A DNA stretch of 32,000 nt from an uncultured Alphaproteobacteria bacterium (GTDB taxonomy: Bacteria; Pseudomonadota; Alphaproteobacteria; Rs-D84; CACZYB01), in assembly GCA_934246625.1 (NCBI GenBank), contig CAKQHZ010000003.1, positions 30,001 through 62,000 of the forward strand, written 5' to 3'. Shown piece after piece: positions 18,901 through 28,971 of the stretch. The position numbers were made by a program, and so were the translations under genes. The notes under the pieces are model-generated. The model searched no databases, was not told the DNA's origin, and was given only the letters and a program-made list of their open reading frames with translations. Every line of letters begins with the position of its first letter. Positions within the stretch are counted from its first letter, which is position 1.

Positions 18901-18935
18901 ATAAACCATAGACATTGAGAATAAGAAACAAACAA

Positions 18936-18972
18936 CTCTTTGAAAGACTGATTACCTTTAAAGGGATTTTTT
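18936..18972 (+). terminator. hairpin plus T-run between rppH and groES
   Basis: Outer stem CTCTTT (18936-18941) / AAAGGG (18960-18965) and inner stem AAAG (18943-18946) / CTTT (18956-18959), with one bulge and a 9-nt loop, followed by T6 at 18967-18972. The stem is AT-rich, so stability is modest. Confidence 0.45.
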
Positions 18973-19009
18973 ATTTTTATAAAAACTTTGATTTATTTTG
19001 TTTTATCTA

Positions 19010-19038
19010 TTGAAAAAAAGGATATTCACTATTATATA
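19010..19038 (+). promoter_or_regulatory. proximal promoter-like element for groES-groEL
   Basis: TTGAAA (19010-19015), 17-nt spacer, TATATA (19033-19038), about 30 nt before the groES ATG. The -35 resembles both the sigma70 and sigma32 (CTTGAAA) consensus. Confidence 0.45.
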
Positions 19039-19068
19039 TTACTTTGTAATAAATCTATGGAGGTAATT

Positions 19069-19359
19069 ATGAATTTTAAACCATTATTTAATAATATTCT
19101 TATTGAAAGAGTTGATGAAGAAACAACTACAAAGGGCGGAATTATTATTCCTGATACTGCAAAGGAAAAACCTTCTCGCGGTCGTGTCCTTGCCGTTGGT
19201 GAAGGTGCAACTCTTGAAAACGGAACAAAACAACCTATGTCAGTAAAGGTTGGTGATGTAGTTCTTTTCTCTAAATGGGGTGGAACTGAAATTAAACTTG
19301 ATGGTAAAGATAGAGTTATTATGAAAGAAACTGATGTTTTAGGCATCATTGAAGAATAA
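19069..19359 (+). CDS. groES: co-chaperonin GroES
   Basis: MNFKPLFNNILIERVDEETTTKGGIIIPDTAKEKPSRGRVLAVGEG is canonical GroES. ATG at 19069 with GGAGGT at 19059-19064. The ORF-track start at 18988 is an upstream extension. Confidence 0.95.
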   Translation: MNFKPLFNNILIERVDEETTTKGGIIIPDTAKEKPSRGRVLAVGEGATLENGTKQPMSVKVGDVVLFSKWGGTEIKLDGKDRVIMKETDVLGIIEE

Positions 19360-19368
19360 GGAGAATAA

Positions 19369-21024
<1,656 letters not shown>

Positions 21025-21050
21025 AAAACTTCTTTATAAATCAAAAGAAA

Positions 21051-21076
21051 GGGCATTTGAAAAAATGCTCTTTTTT
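21051..21076 (+). terminator. rho-independent terminator of groESL
   Basis: Stem GGGCATT (21051-21057) / AATGCTC (21064-21070) with one G-U pair, then T6. Confidence 0.7.
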
Positions 21077-21077
21077 A

Positions 21078-21106
21078 TTGACAAAACTTATTATTTTTTG
21101 TATTAT
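21078..21106 (+). promoter_or_regulatory. near-consensus sigma70-like promoter
   Basis: TTGACA (21078-21083), 17-nt spacer, TATTAT (21101-21106), about 30 nt upstream of the ATG at 21138, which has an AAGGAGG RBS. Confidence 0.6.
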
Positions 21107-21137
21107 ATATCCAATATAAGTAAAAGGAGGTAATCCG

Positions 21138-21629
21138 ATGAAAAGAGTTCCCGATAAAAAAGTAAAAAGAGGTTTAACACTTTCTAAAGTTTCTCTTTTA
21201 GGTTTAGAACAAAAGGATTTTACTGATTTCTTATATTCCTATGGCGAATTCAATAAAAATGTTTCTATAAACGAAATTTCCACACTTAACAAATTCAAAC
21301 ATATTACTGAAAAAGGGGCTTTGCTTGGCTTAAATACAGAAGAAAAAGGAGAAGAAACCTTAATTTTCGGTGGTGGTGATTATTCTGTGAACTTAATATA
21401 TGCAAAATGTTTAAGTTATGATTCCAAACTTGCTTCTTCACATCTTGTTGAATCAGTAGAAGAAGATGCAAAATTTGATAAACATATTTCTGTAGAAGAA
21501 AAAATTTTCAATGAACAACTTATAAACTTATCAAAGGATTTAAAGGATTCAAATCATTGTTATGGTGTGTTGTTCAGTAGTAATTCAATAATCACAGTTT
21601 TATCAGGTATAAAACAAAATAAAAAATAA
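21138..21629 (+). CDS. hypothetical protein (163 aa), soluble, unknown family
   Basis: ORF track, with a strong promoter and RBS upstream. No TM segment, signal peptide or motif I recognise. Confidence 0.6.
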   Translation: MKRVPDKKVKRGLTLSKVSLLGLEQKDFTDFLYSYGEFNKNVSINEISTLNKFKHITEKGALLGLNTEEKGEETLIFGGGDYSVNLIYAKCLSYDSKLASSHLVESVEEDAKFDKHISVEEKIFNEQLINLSKDLKDSNHCYGVLFSSNSIITVLSGIKQNKK

Positions 21630-21692
21630 ACCCATTATACACATAATAGAGATTATGCGACAAACTACTTTATAAAATATAGGGAGATATTT

Positions 21693-21920
21693 ATGAAAAA
21701 GTCAGAACTTGAATATATAGATAACCTTTCAAGACAAATTCGAAATCAACTTAAAAACTTAACTGATGAGGAAGTTGCAAAGGGATTATCAGAATTACAA
21801 TCTTTGACTGCACCATCAAGTGATGATATATTAAAAAAATCACTTTATAGTATGGAAAATAAAAATCGACAAATTATAGCTGAATATAAAAACAAAAACT
21901 CTTCCAAAATTTTTGATTAA
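21693..21920 (+). CDS. hypothetical small helical protein (75 aa)
   Basis: ORF track. AGGGAG RBS 7 nt upstream and a terminator immediately downstream. Confidence 0.5.
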   Translation: MKKSELEYIDNLSRQIRNQLKNLTDEEVAKGLSELQSLTAPSSDDILKKSLYSMENKNRQIIAEYKNKNSSKIFD

Positions 21921-21925
21921 AAAAT

Positions 21926-21950
21926 AACCTCCTAATGGAGGTTTTTATTT
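21926..21950. terminator. bidirectional rho-independent terminator
   Basis: Stem AACCTCC (21926-21932) / GGAGGTT (21937-21943), loop TAAT, A-run upstream and T-run downstream. Sits between convergent small genes. Confidence 0.75.
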
Positions 21951-22180
21951 TAGTGTAATTTTTGTATCAAATTGTATTTTAAAATTATTGTTTTTACATA
22001 CTTATCAAAATCCTTATTATTTTCCTTTTGATATTTTTTTATTTTATTAAATGATTGTTGAGGTGTTAATTTATTTTTTGATACAAAATCAACAAGTTCA
22101 TCATATCTTGCCTTCATTTTTATTTCTAAATCCAAAGATTTTTCCTGTAAATGAATAATTCTTTTTTCAATAAGTTTCAT
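21950..22180 (-). CDS. hypothetical small helical protein (76 aa)
   Basis: ORF track. AAGGAG RBS 6 nt upstream of the ATG. K/E-rich and probably coiled-coil. No family recognised. Confidence 0.45.
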   Translation of the reverse strand: MKLIEKRIIHLQEKSLDLEIKMKARYDELVDFVSKNKLTPQQSFNKIKKYQKENNKDFDKYVKTIILKYNLIQKLH

Positions 22181-22205
22181 ATTTTTCTCCTTTTTATAAA
22201 TCTAT

Positions 22206-22229
22206 AAAAAAAGAGGCTATAAAGCCCCC
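22206..22229 (-). terminator. rho-independent terminator after rpoZ
   Basis: On the minus strand: GGGGGCT-TTAT-AGCCTC (6 bp including one G-U pair), followed by U7 (22212-22206). Confidence 0.55.
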
Positions 22230-22250
22230 TATTTTAATTTTATATAAACT

Positions 22251-22613
22251 TTAAGCAATAGTTTTTAATTCTTCTTCAGAAACATTGTTTAATTTTTCTG
22301 CATTTTCATCATCAAGAACTATATCGCTCATAATTTCTTTTTCAATAAATTCTAAGTCGTGATTTTCTTCACTATTTTCCTTATTTTGAACATTGTTTCT
22401 GTATGTTAAAATTAAGTTATCACGTAAATTTTCAATATTTAATTTATCATCTGCAATTTCACGAAGAGCAACAACAGTATTTTTATCATTATCCTTTTGA
22501 ACAAAAGCAGGTGTTCCATTTTGAAGTTCTTTAGCTCTTTCAGCAGAAAGGACAACTAATTCAAATCTATCTTTAACTTTTTTCATACAATCTTGAACTG
22601 TAATTCTTGCCAT
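22251..22613 (-). CDS. rpoZ: DNA-directed RNA polymerase omega subunit
   Basis: [30 protein letters not shown] is the canonical RpoZ N-terminus. Confidence 0.85.
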   Translation of the reverse strand: MARITVQDCMKKVKDRFELVVLSAERAKELQNGTPAFVQKDNDKNTVVALREIADDKLNIENLRDNLILTYRNNVQNKENSEENHDLEFIEKEIMSDIVLDDENAEKLNNVSEEELKTIA

Positions 22614-22700
22614 TTTAAACTCCTTTTAATAAAACTATTGATATTTTATACACTAAATATATAATCTTATCAAGAGTTTTTTTTAATTTTAGGATATAAA

Positions 22701-23984
22701 ATGAATAACGATATAAAAATTATTACTTTTGGTTGCAGATTAAATATTTTTGAATCAGAAATTATAAAAAAAAGAATTGAAAATGCAAATATTTCAGATG
22801 TAGTTGTTTTGCATACTTGTGCTATTACAGCCGAAGCAGAACGCCAAGCCAAACAACAATATCGTAAAATTGTAAAGGAAAACCCAACTGCAAAAATTAT
22901 AATTACAGGTTGTTCTGCACAAAATTCAGTTGATTATTATAAAAAGCAACCTAACATTCTTGCAATACTTGGCAATCGTGAAAAATTGATACAAAAATAT
23001 TATGATGAAATTGCAAAGGATTTATCAAAGGCTCCATTTGTCTTTGTCGGTGAAGTCCTTAAAAACCCACCTGCTCTTATCGAAATAAAGTCAAAGGACG
23101 AACTTTTTAAATTTGATGGCAAAACAAAGGCTTTCGTTCAAATACAACAAGGTTGCAATAATCGTTGTTCTTTCTGCATTGTGCCATTTACAAGAGGTAA
23201 AAATCAAAGTTTCAGCGAACAAAGTATCCTTAACCAATGTAAGGGATTTATAAAAAAAGGATACAAGGAAATAATTTTAACTGGTGTTGATATTTCCGCC
23301 TATGGAAGTGATACAAAGGATAAATCCTTGTTTTCAATCGTAAAGAAAATATTGGATAGCTTCCCTACCCTTAAAAGATTAAGATTGTCATCACTTGACC
23401 CAGCCAAAAGCTATGACCAAATTATTGGATTGATGAAACTTGACAATCGTCTTATGCCACATTTTCATTTATCAATCCAAGCAGGTGATAATAAAGTTTT
23501 AAAAGATATGCGAAGACGCCACAATCGTGATGACATAATAACCCTTTGTAAAAAAATACATAAGGCAAATAAAAATGCTGCCATTGGTGCAGATATTATT
23601 GTGGGCTTTCCAGATGAAAGTGATGAAGAATTTAAAAATACTTATAAACTAGTAAAAAAATGTAAAATCACACATTTGCACGTATTTCCATATTCTATTC
23701 GTGAAGGCACAAAGGCCGCAACAATGAAAAACCAAATTCCAGAACATATAAAAAAGGAACGTTCTTTGAAATTACGAACTTTGGGTGAAAAATTAAAATA
23801 TAAGTTTATCAAAAGTCAAAGAAGAAAAATTCATACAATCCTTGTTGAAAAGGATAATAAGGGCTATACCGAAAACTATATTTCAGTAAATATTTTGGGT
23901 GAAAAAATTAAACCAAATACTATTGTAAAGGCAAAAATAGTAAAGGTTGAAAAGGATTGCACAGCCTTTGCTAAAATAGTTTAA
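22701..23984 (+). CDS. mtaB: tRNA t6A37 methylthiotransferase MtaB (radical SAM, MiaB-like)
   Basis: N-terminal TFGCRLNIFESE (MTTase domain), radical-SAM cluster motif CNNRCSFCIVP, C-terminal TRAM-like region, 427 aa. Confidence 0.8.
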   Translation: MNNDIKIITFGCRLNIFESEIIKKRIENANISDVVVLHTCAITAEAERQAKQQYRKIVKENPTAKIIITGCSAQNSVDYYKKQPNILAILGNREKLIQKYYDEIAKDLSKAPFVFVGEVLKNPPALIEIKSKDELFKFDGKTKAFVQIQQGCNNRCSFCIVPFTRGKNQSFSEQSILNQCKGFIKKGYKEIILTGVDISAYGSDTKDKSLFSIVKKILDSFPTLKRLRLSSLDPAKSYDQIIGLMKLDNRLMPHFHLSIQAGDNKVLKDMRRRHNRDDIITLCKKIHKANKNAAIGADIIVGFPDESDEEFKNTYKLVKKCKITHLHVFPYSIREGTKAATMKNQIPEHIKKERSLKLRTLGEKLKYKFIKSQRRKIHTILVEKDNKGYTENYISVNILGEKIKPNTIVKAKIVKVEKDCTAFAKIV

Positions 23985-24715
23985 CCTATTGCTTTACCAT
24001 CACAAAGTAAAGATTTCGCCCTGTCTGTATATTCTCCATTTTCCTTATGAAGAACTATTGGCGGATAAATGACCGAAGGAGATTTGTTTGACTTTTTTGC
24101 ACGAACAATAACTCTATTGGCTATTTCACCTTTTTTTGAATAAAGCAAAAATATTTCAATTTTACCCATATTTGCTTTTTTAAGTGAATATATAATATCA
24201 TCAAGCCTGTCTGCTTTATGTATAACAATAAATGTTCCTGTTGCATTTAATCGTTTTACCGAAGATAAAATCCAATCCTTTAAATCAATCCCTGTTTCAT
24301 TATGAGCAATCGCCTTTATTTTATCAGAACAACTTTGTCCTGTATAATATGGTGGATTTGTTATAACTATATCAAAAGATTTTTCCTTAAATTGCTTTGA
24401 TGGATTTAAGATATTTTCATTGATTAGTTCAATCCTATCGTCAAATCCATTTTCAATACAACTTTGTTTTGCAAGCTCCAACATTTCATTTTGAATATCA
24501 ATTCCAGTAATTTTTACATTTTTAAACCTATAAGCAGTGCAAAGGGAAATTCCACCACCCCCTACTCCAACGTCTAAAATAGTTGCTGATTTTTTAATAA
24601 TCTTTTCATCAATAGCCGAAGCAACTAACACAGCATCACTTGAAACCTTTAATCCAGTTTCAAATTGCACTATTTTAACTTTACCATTAAGCAATGTATT
24701 TATTACTGTTTTCAT
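23981..24715 (-). CDS. class I SAM-dependent N6-adenine methyltransferase, tRNA m6A37 (TrmN6/YfiC)-like
   Basis: LLNGKVKIVQFETGLKVSSDAVLVASA N-terminus, ILDVGVGGGGISL SAM-binding motif, VITNPPYY catalytic motif. Its stop overlaps the mtaB stop by 4 nt (TTAA). Confidence 0.7.
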   Translation of the reverse strand: MKTVINTLLNGKVKIVQFETGLKVSSDAVLVASAIDEKIIKKSATILDVGVGGGGISLCTAYRFKNVKITGIDIQNEMLELAKQSCIENGFDDRIELINENILNPSKQFKEKSFDIVITNPPYYTGQSCSDKIKAIAHNETGIDLKDWILSSVKRLNATGTFIVIHKADRLDDIIYSLKKANMGKIEIFLLYSKKGEIANRVIVRAKKSNKSPSVIYPPIVLHKENGEYTDRAKSLLCDGKAIG

Positions 24716-24784
24716 ATTCTTAAATCTTGCATTTATAACTTTTATATTATATCATAATAAATGATATTTATAAAGGAGAAAAAA

Positions 24785-25711
24785 GTGTTTGAAGATGGAA
24801 ATATTTTTGAAAATAATAGCGATATAAACTTAATTACTGATGTTGAAACAAGTATGAATAATACAACTCAACAAAACGGTGATGAAACACTTCAAACATC
24901 TGAAATGACGACAACTCCATTAAAAGATGAAGTGATTACACCCGAAAATCAAACAAAGGAAAATGTTAAATCAACAGGTGTCTCAACCTATATTTCTGTT
25001 CCTGATATAACAACAGAAAAGCAAATTTGCAATCTTAAAATGTTAACCGTTTGGGATAAAATAAATATGTGGACGGTCTTTCTTTCCATTGCAATATTGC
25101 TTATCTTTTTTGGGAAAGAAGGCTTTGAAAAATTGGCACAAAAAATAACAAAGGTATTAAAAAATTTTCAATTTATAATAAATATTTTGTTCTTTGCCTT
25201 AACTATAACTGTATTTTTATATCCAAAGTTTTTTAACAGCGGTATTTCTGGCAATATAAACATTTTTACAATGATTGAATTCGCATTATTTATATTTCTA
25301 AATTCTGCAACAACAATATTTATTATTGAAAAGTTTTTGAAAAAGAAAAACTTTATTTTCAAGGATAAAAAAGTTTCATTTTCTGGCATATCATTTTTAA
25401 AGAAAAGTTTATGGACCTTTACATTTACAAGTCTTTTATTTTTCTTTTTTACCGAAGCACAAATTGCATATATTCTATTATATATACTTACAAGTTTGAC
25501 TTTAATAATTGTATTCAATCAACTTGATTATACAGGATTAAATTCAATCAAACATATATCTTATTTACTTTTAAGTATTCAACTTTTTTTAATTGGAAGC
25601 CTTATTGGAATTTACACAATTTTAATACTTGGTGCAATTTTTACAGGCTATTATTTATCAAACACTGATGATAACAAAAAATTATCAAAGACCATAAAGA
25701 ATATTATCTAA
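24785..25711 (+). CDS. polytopic membrane protein, unknown family
   Basis: GTG at 24785 has AAGGAG 6 nt upstream; the ORF-track ATG at 24761 has no RBS. About 95 aa of polar T/E/N-rich N-terminus is followed by roughly 6 hydrophobic segments. Its stop is 9 nt before the lgt start. Confidence 0.6.
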   Translation: MFEDGNIFENNSDINLITDVETSMNNTTQQNGDETLQTSEMTTTPLKDEVITPENQTKENVKSTGVSTYISVPDITTEKQICNLKMLTVWDKINMWTVFLSIAILLIFFGKEGFEKLAQKITKVLKNFQFIINILFFALTITVFLYPKFFNSGISGNINIFTMIEFALFIFLNSATTIFIIEKFLKKKNFIFKDKKVSFSGISFLKKSLWTFTFTSLLFFFFTEAQIAYILLYILTSLTLIIVFNQLDYTGLNSIKHISYLLLSIQLFLIGSLIGIYTILILGAIFTGYYLSNTDDNKKLSKTIKNII

Positions 25712-25720
25712 GGAGCAAAT

Positions 25721-27319
25721 ATGACATTTCCTAATATATCACCGATAGCATTTGAATTTCTTGGTTTCCCAATTCGTTGGTATGCTTTGGCATATATCGC
25801 TGGATTTATATTGTCATTTTATCTTATAAAATATATGTTAAGACAATCAACAAATAATACTATATCATATAAGGATTTAGATGACCTTTTCACTTATATG
25901 ATTTTTGGTATAATCCTTGGTGGTCGATGTGGATATGTCCTTTTTTATAACTTTCAATATTATATATCAAAGCCATTAGAAATTTTTCAAATTTGGCATG
26001 GTGGTATGTCATTTCATGGCGGACTTATCGGAAGTATAATTGCCATATATTTATGGTGCAAAAAATACAATCAACATTTCTTTTTTGTTGCCGATTTTTT
26101 AAGCATTTGCACACCAATAGGTTTATTTTTTGGTCGTATTGCAAACTTTATAAATGGAGAATTATATGGACGAATTACCACATCAAAATTTGGTATAGTA
26201 TTCCCAAACACAAATGGACTTCCACGATACCCAAGCCAATTATTTGAGGCATTAAGTGAAGGACTACTCCTTTTCATACTCCTTTTTTCATTAAGAAATG
26301 TAAAAAAAATTCGAAATCGTTATGGGGTTCTTTCTGCTATATTCATAGGAGGTTATGCAATTTCAAGAATATCAATGGAAAACTTCCGTGAACCAGATGC
26401 ACAAATTGGGTTCCTTCCTTTTGGACTAACAATGGGACAACTTTTAACAATCCCTATGTTGATTTTTTCAATTACAGCAATCATATATTTGTTAAGAAAA
26501 AATGAAACCGAACAAACTTTCATTACCTCACCATTATTAAATAATACAAAATTTGTATATAATAGATTTTTTACTCGTAATGGTGGCGTTTCCACAGGTG
26601 TTTTTGAATCTTCCAATGCAAAATTTGAAACATCTGATGACTATGATAATGTAAAGAAAAATCGTGAAATTTTACTATCTTCTATTGGGCTTGATGCCAA
26701 TACATCACTTATAACATTAAATCAAAAACATACAAACGAAGTAATAGTTGTAAATAAACATCACAGGCCAGTCAAAGATTATCTTTCAACCGAAGCCGAT
26801 GGACTTTTATCCACAACACCCAATATTGCCATTGGAATTTTAACTGCGGATTGTGTCCCTGTTCTTTTGATTGATGAAGAACACAAAATTGTTGGAGCAA
26901 TTCATTGCGGTTGGCAAGGTATTTATAAGGATATTATTAAAACAACTGCCTTAAAATTAAAGGCATTAGGTGCAAATTTATCAATGGTAAAGGTTGCTAT
27001 TGGACCATGCTTAAAGCAAAAATCTTATGAAGTTGATTTTGACTTTATGGAAAAAATTGTTGCACAAAACAAATCTTATGAAAAACTTTTTAAACAAAAA
27101 AAGGATAATAAAAACAAATATCTTTTTGATTGCACAAAATATTGTATTGAAAAGCTAAAGACAGAAGGTTTTAAAAATATCGAAGTTCTTAATTTTGATA
27201 CTTATACACAAAAGGATTTATTTTTCAGCTATCGAAGAAGCATTATTACAAAGGATTTTGCAGAAACACCAACTGACGAAGGAAGAATCCTTTCCATAGT
27301 TGCATTGAAAAATGAATAA
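25721..27319 (+). CDS. lgt: fusion protein: prolipoprotein diacylglyceryl transferase (Lgt) plus PgeF/YfiH (DUF152, purine nucleoside phosphorylase / peptidoglycan editing factor family)
   Basis: Residues 1 to ~265 carry Lgt motifs (IRWYALAYIAG, WHGGMSFHGGLIG, GRIANFINGELYGR, PSQLFEA). Residues ~270 to 532 carry YfiH motifs (FFTRNGGVS, NQKHTNEV, EADGL, ILTADCVPVLL, GAIHCGWQG, AIGPC...YEV). One uninterrupted frame of 532 aa. Confidence 0.85.
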   Translation: MTFPNISPIAFEFLGFPIRWYALAYIAGFILSFYLIKYMLRQSTNNTISYKDLDDLFTYMIFGIILGGRCGYVLFYNFQYYISKPLEIFQIWHGGMSFHGGLIGSIIAIYLWCKKYNQHFFFVADFLSICTPIGLFFGRIANFINGELYGRITTSKFGIVFPNTNGLPRYPSQLFEALSEGLLLFILLFSLRNVKKIRNRYGVLSAIFIGGYAISRISMENFREPDAQIGFLPFGLTMGQLLTIPMLIFSITAIIYLLRKNETEQTFITSPLLNNTKFVYNRFFTRNGGVSTGVFESSNAKFETSDDYDNVKKNREILLSSIGLDANTSLITLNQKHTNEVIVVNKHHRPVKDYLSTEADGLLSTTPNIAIGILTADCVPVLLIDEEHKIVGAIHCGWQGIYKDIIKTTALKLKALGANLSMVKVAIGPCLKQKSYEVDFDFMEKIVAQNKSYEKLFKQKKDNKNKYLFDCTKYCIEKLKTEGFKNIEVLNFDTYTQKDLFFSYRRSIITKDFAETPTDEGRILSIVALKNE

Positions 27320-27991
27320 TTATTTTTGATTATCAAGTTTATCAGTATTAACAAATACTTTGATTTTACCTAAAAAAGTATAGGTATCATTTTGTTTAAA
27401 ATTAAATCCTTCACCAAAAATTTTACCGAAATAAGTATTTGCCCTTATTGGTTTATTTCCAGTAATTTCATTTGTATTAAGATGGATTACAGCCTCATCT
27501 GTAAAAACTTCATTATTTTCATTATCAACTAAATAGATGTTATCATTAAACATCATTTCATTATCCTTTTTTACAAAGGTTCCATTATCACAAGTTAAAT
27601 CAATCCAATCCGCATTTTTAAAAAACACTTTTGCATTGATTTTTGAAAAATACATTAAATTATCAACACGATTTTCTTTGAAATTTCCAATTTTAAGGGA
27701 AAACATCATACCATTATTGCCCTGTCCATAAAAAGAGCTGTTATCCATAGTAAATGAAATTTTATCAGCACTTTCCAATTTTGGAACATCAATTTTAATA
27801 CTTTTTATTTCATTAAGTTCAGGAGCAAGAATAATTATACCTAAAAATATTGCAACAATAGAAGGCAAAGCTATTTTAAGCAAAAAAACCACCCTACTAT
27901 GAGCAGTTTTTTGCTTATATATTTTTTTTATAGTTTTGCTATACGCTTTAACTTTTCGTTGAAATAAGCTTAGGTATTTCAATTTAAGCAA
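27320..27991 (-). CDS. lptC: LptC-like LPS export periplasmic protein (membrane-anchored)
   Basis: N-terminal TM (VVFLLKIALPSIVAIFLGIIILA) then a beta-rich ~160-aa domain. Lies directly downstream of kdsD and overlaps it, which is the usual lptC position. The TTG start is uncertain (an internal GTG just before the TM is possible). The call rests on context and topology more than on motifs. Confidence 0.5.
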   Translation of the reverse strand: MLKLKYLSLFQRKVKAYSKTIKKIYKQKTAHSRVVFLLKIALPSIVAIFLGIIILAPELNEIKSIKIDVPKLESADKISFTMDNSSFYGQGNNGMMFSLKIGNFKENRVDNLMYFSKINAKVFFKNADWIDLTCDNGTFVKKDNEMMFNDNIYLVDNENNEVFTDEAVIHLNTNEITGNKPIRANTYFGKIFGEGFNFKQNDTYTFLGKIKVFVNTDKLDNQK

Positions 27992-28958
27992 CCCCAGCTT
28001 TTAATAAATCATGGAATGAAATAATACCAACTGGTTTTTCATCATTATCAACGATAAACATTGTTTGAATTTTATTTTCATTCAATTTTAACAATGCTTC
28101 TGATGCCAAAGTATTTGATGTAATAGTTTTAGGAGATTTTGACATAACTTCTTCTGCGGTTTTTGACATAATATTAACACCTTCGTGAAGTCTACGTCTT
28201 ATATCACCATCGGTAAAGATACCACATATTTTGCCATTTTCATCAACGACACCAACACAACCAAATCTTACACGTCGTCCCATTACATCAAGTATTTCCA
28301 TCATAGACGCATCTTTTTTAACAATAGGAAGTTCTGATGATGTGTGCATAAGTTCAGATACCTTTAAAAGAGAAGCCCCAAGTTTGCCATTTGGGTGCCA
28401 ATTTCTATACATATCACCAGTCAATCCCTTCATATTTTCCAATACATAAATAAGAGCATTAGAAATCGCAGACAAAAGTATAATTGATGTAGTAGGAGCC
28501 TTTCCAATAACACAAGTTTCACATACATCAGGAATTGTAATATTTATATCAGCAACTTTACCAAGTGAACTTTCAGAATTATTACAAATTGCAATAAGTT
28601 TCAAACCAAAACGTTTTGCATAATCCACAACATTTTTCATTTCTTTTGTTTCACCACTATTTGACATAGCAATAATACAATCATTATCTTCAATAATACC
28701 CATATCACCATGAGAAGCCTCTGCACAATGAAGAAAGAAAGATTTTGTTCCAGTAGATGCAAGTGTAGTAGCAAGTCGTCTTGCAACATAACCTGATTTT
28801 CCCATACCTGTAACAATAACTTTACCCTTTAATTCATTTGCAATGTAATTAACTGCTTCAACAAAGCCATAAGGGAAAGTATCAATTAACTTATTTAAAG
28901 CATCAATATCCTTATGTAAAACTTCTTTTGCTAAATCAATAATTTTTTCATTAACCAT
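27984..28958 (-). CDS. kdsD: arabinose-5-phosphate isomerase KdsD (SIS plus tandem CBS domains)
   Basis: GKVIVTGMGKSGYVARRLATTLASTGT, EASHGDMG, SNSGET, and two C-terminal CBS repeats. Start taken at the ATG at 28956-28958 (AAGGAG 6 nt upstream) rather than the ORF-track 28979. Confidence 0.9.
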   Translation of the reverse strand: MVNEKIIDLAKEVLHKDIDALNKLIDTFPYGFVEAVNYIANELKGKVIVTGMGKSGYVARRLATTLASTGTKSFFLHCAEASHGDMGIIEDNDCIIAMSNSGETKEMKNVVDYAKRFGLKLIAICNNSESSLGKVADINITIPDVCETCVIGKAPTTSIILLSAISNALIYVLENMKGLTGDMYRNWHPNGKLGASLLKVSELMHTSSELPIVKKDASMMEILDVMGRRVRFGCVGVVDENGKICGIFTDGDIRRRLHEGVNIMSKTAEEVMSKSPKTITSNTLASEALLKLNENKIQTMFIVDNDEKPVGIISFHDLLKAGVA

Positions 28959-28971
28959 AGGAAACTCCTTT

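Noticed and set aside
18863-19068. CIRCE (HrcA operator) upstream of groES
   Set aside because: I looked for TTAGCACTC-N9-GAGTGCTAA or a close variant and found none. This is reported as an absence, not as a feature.
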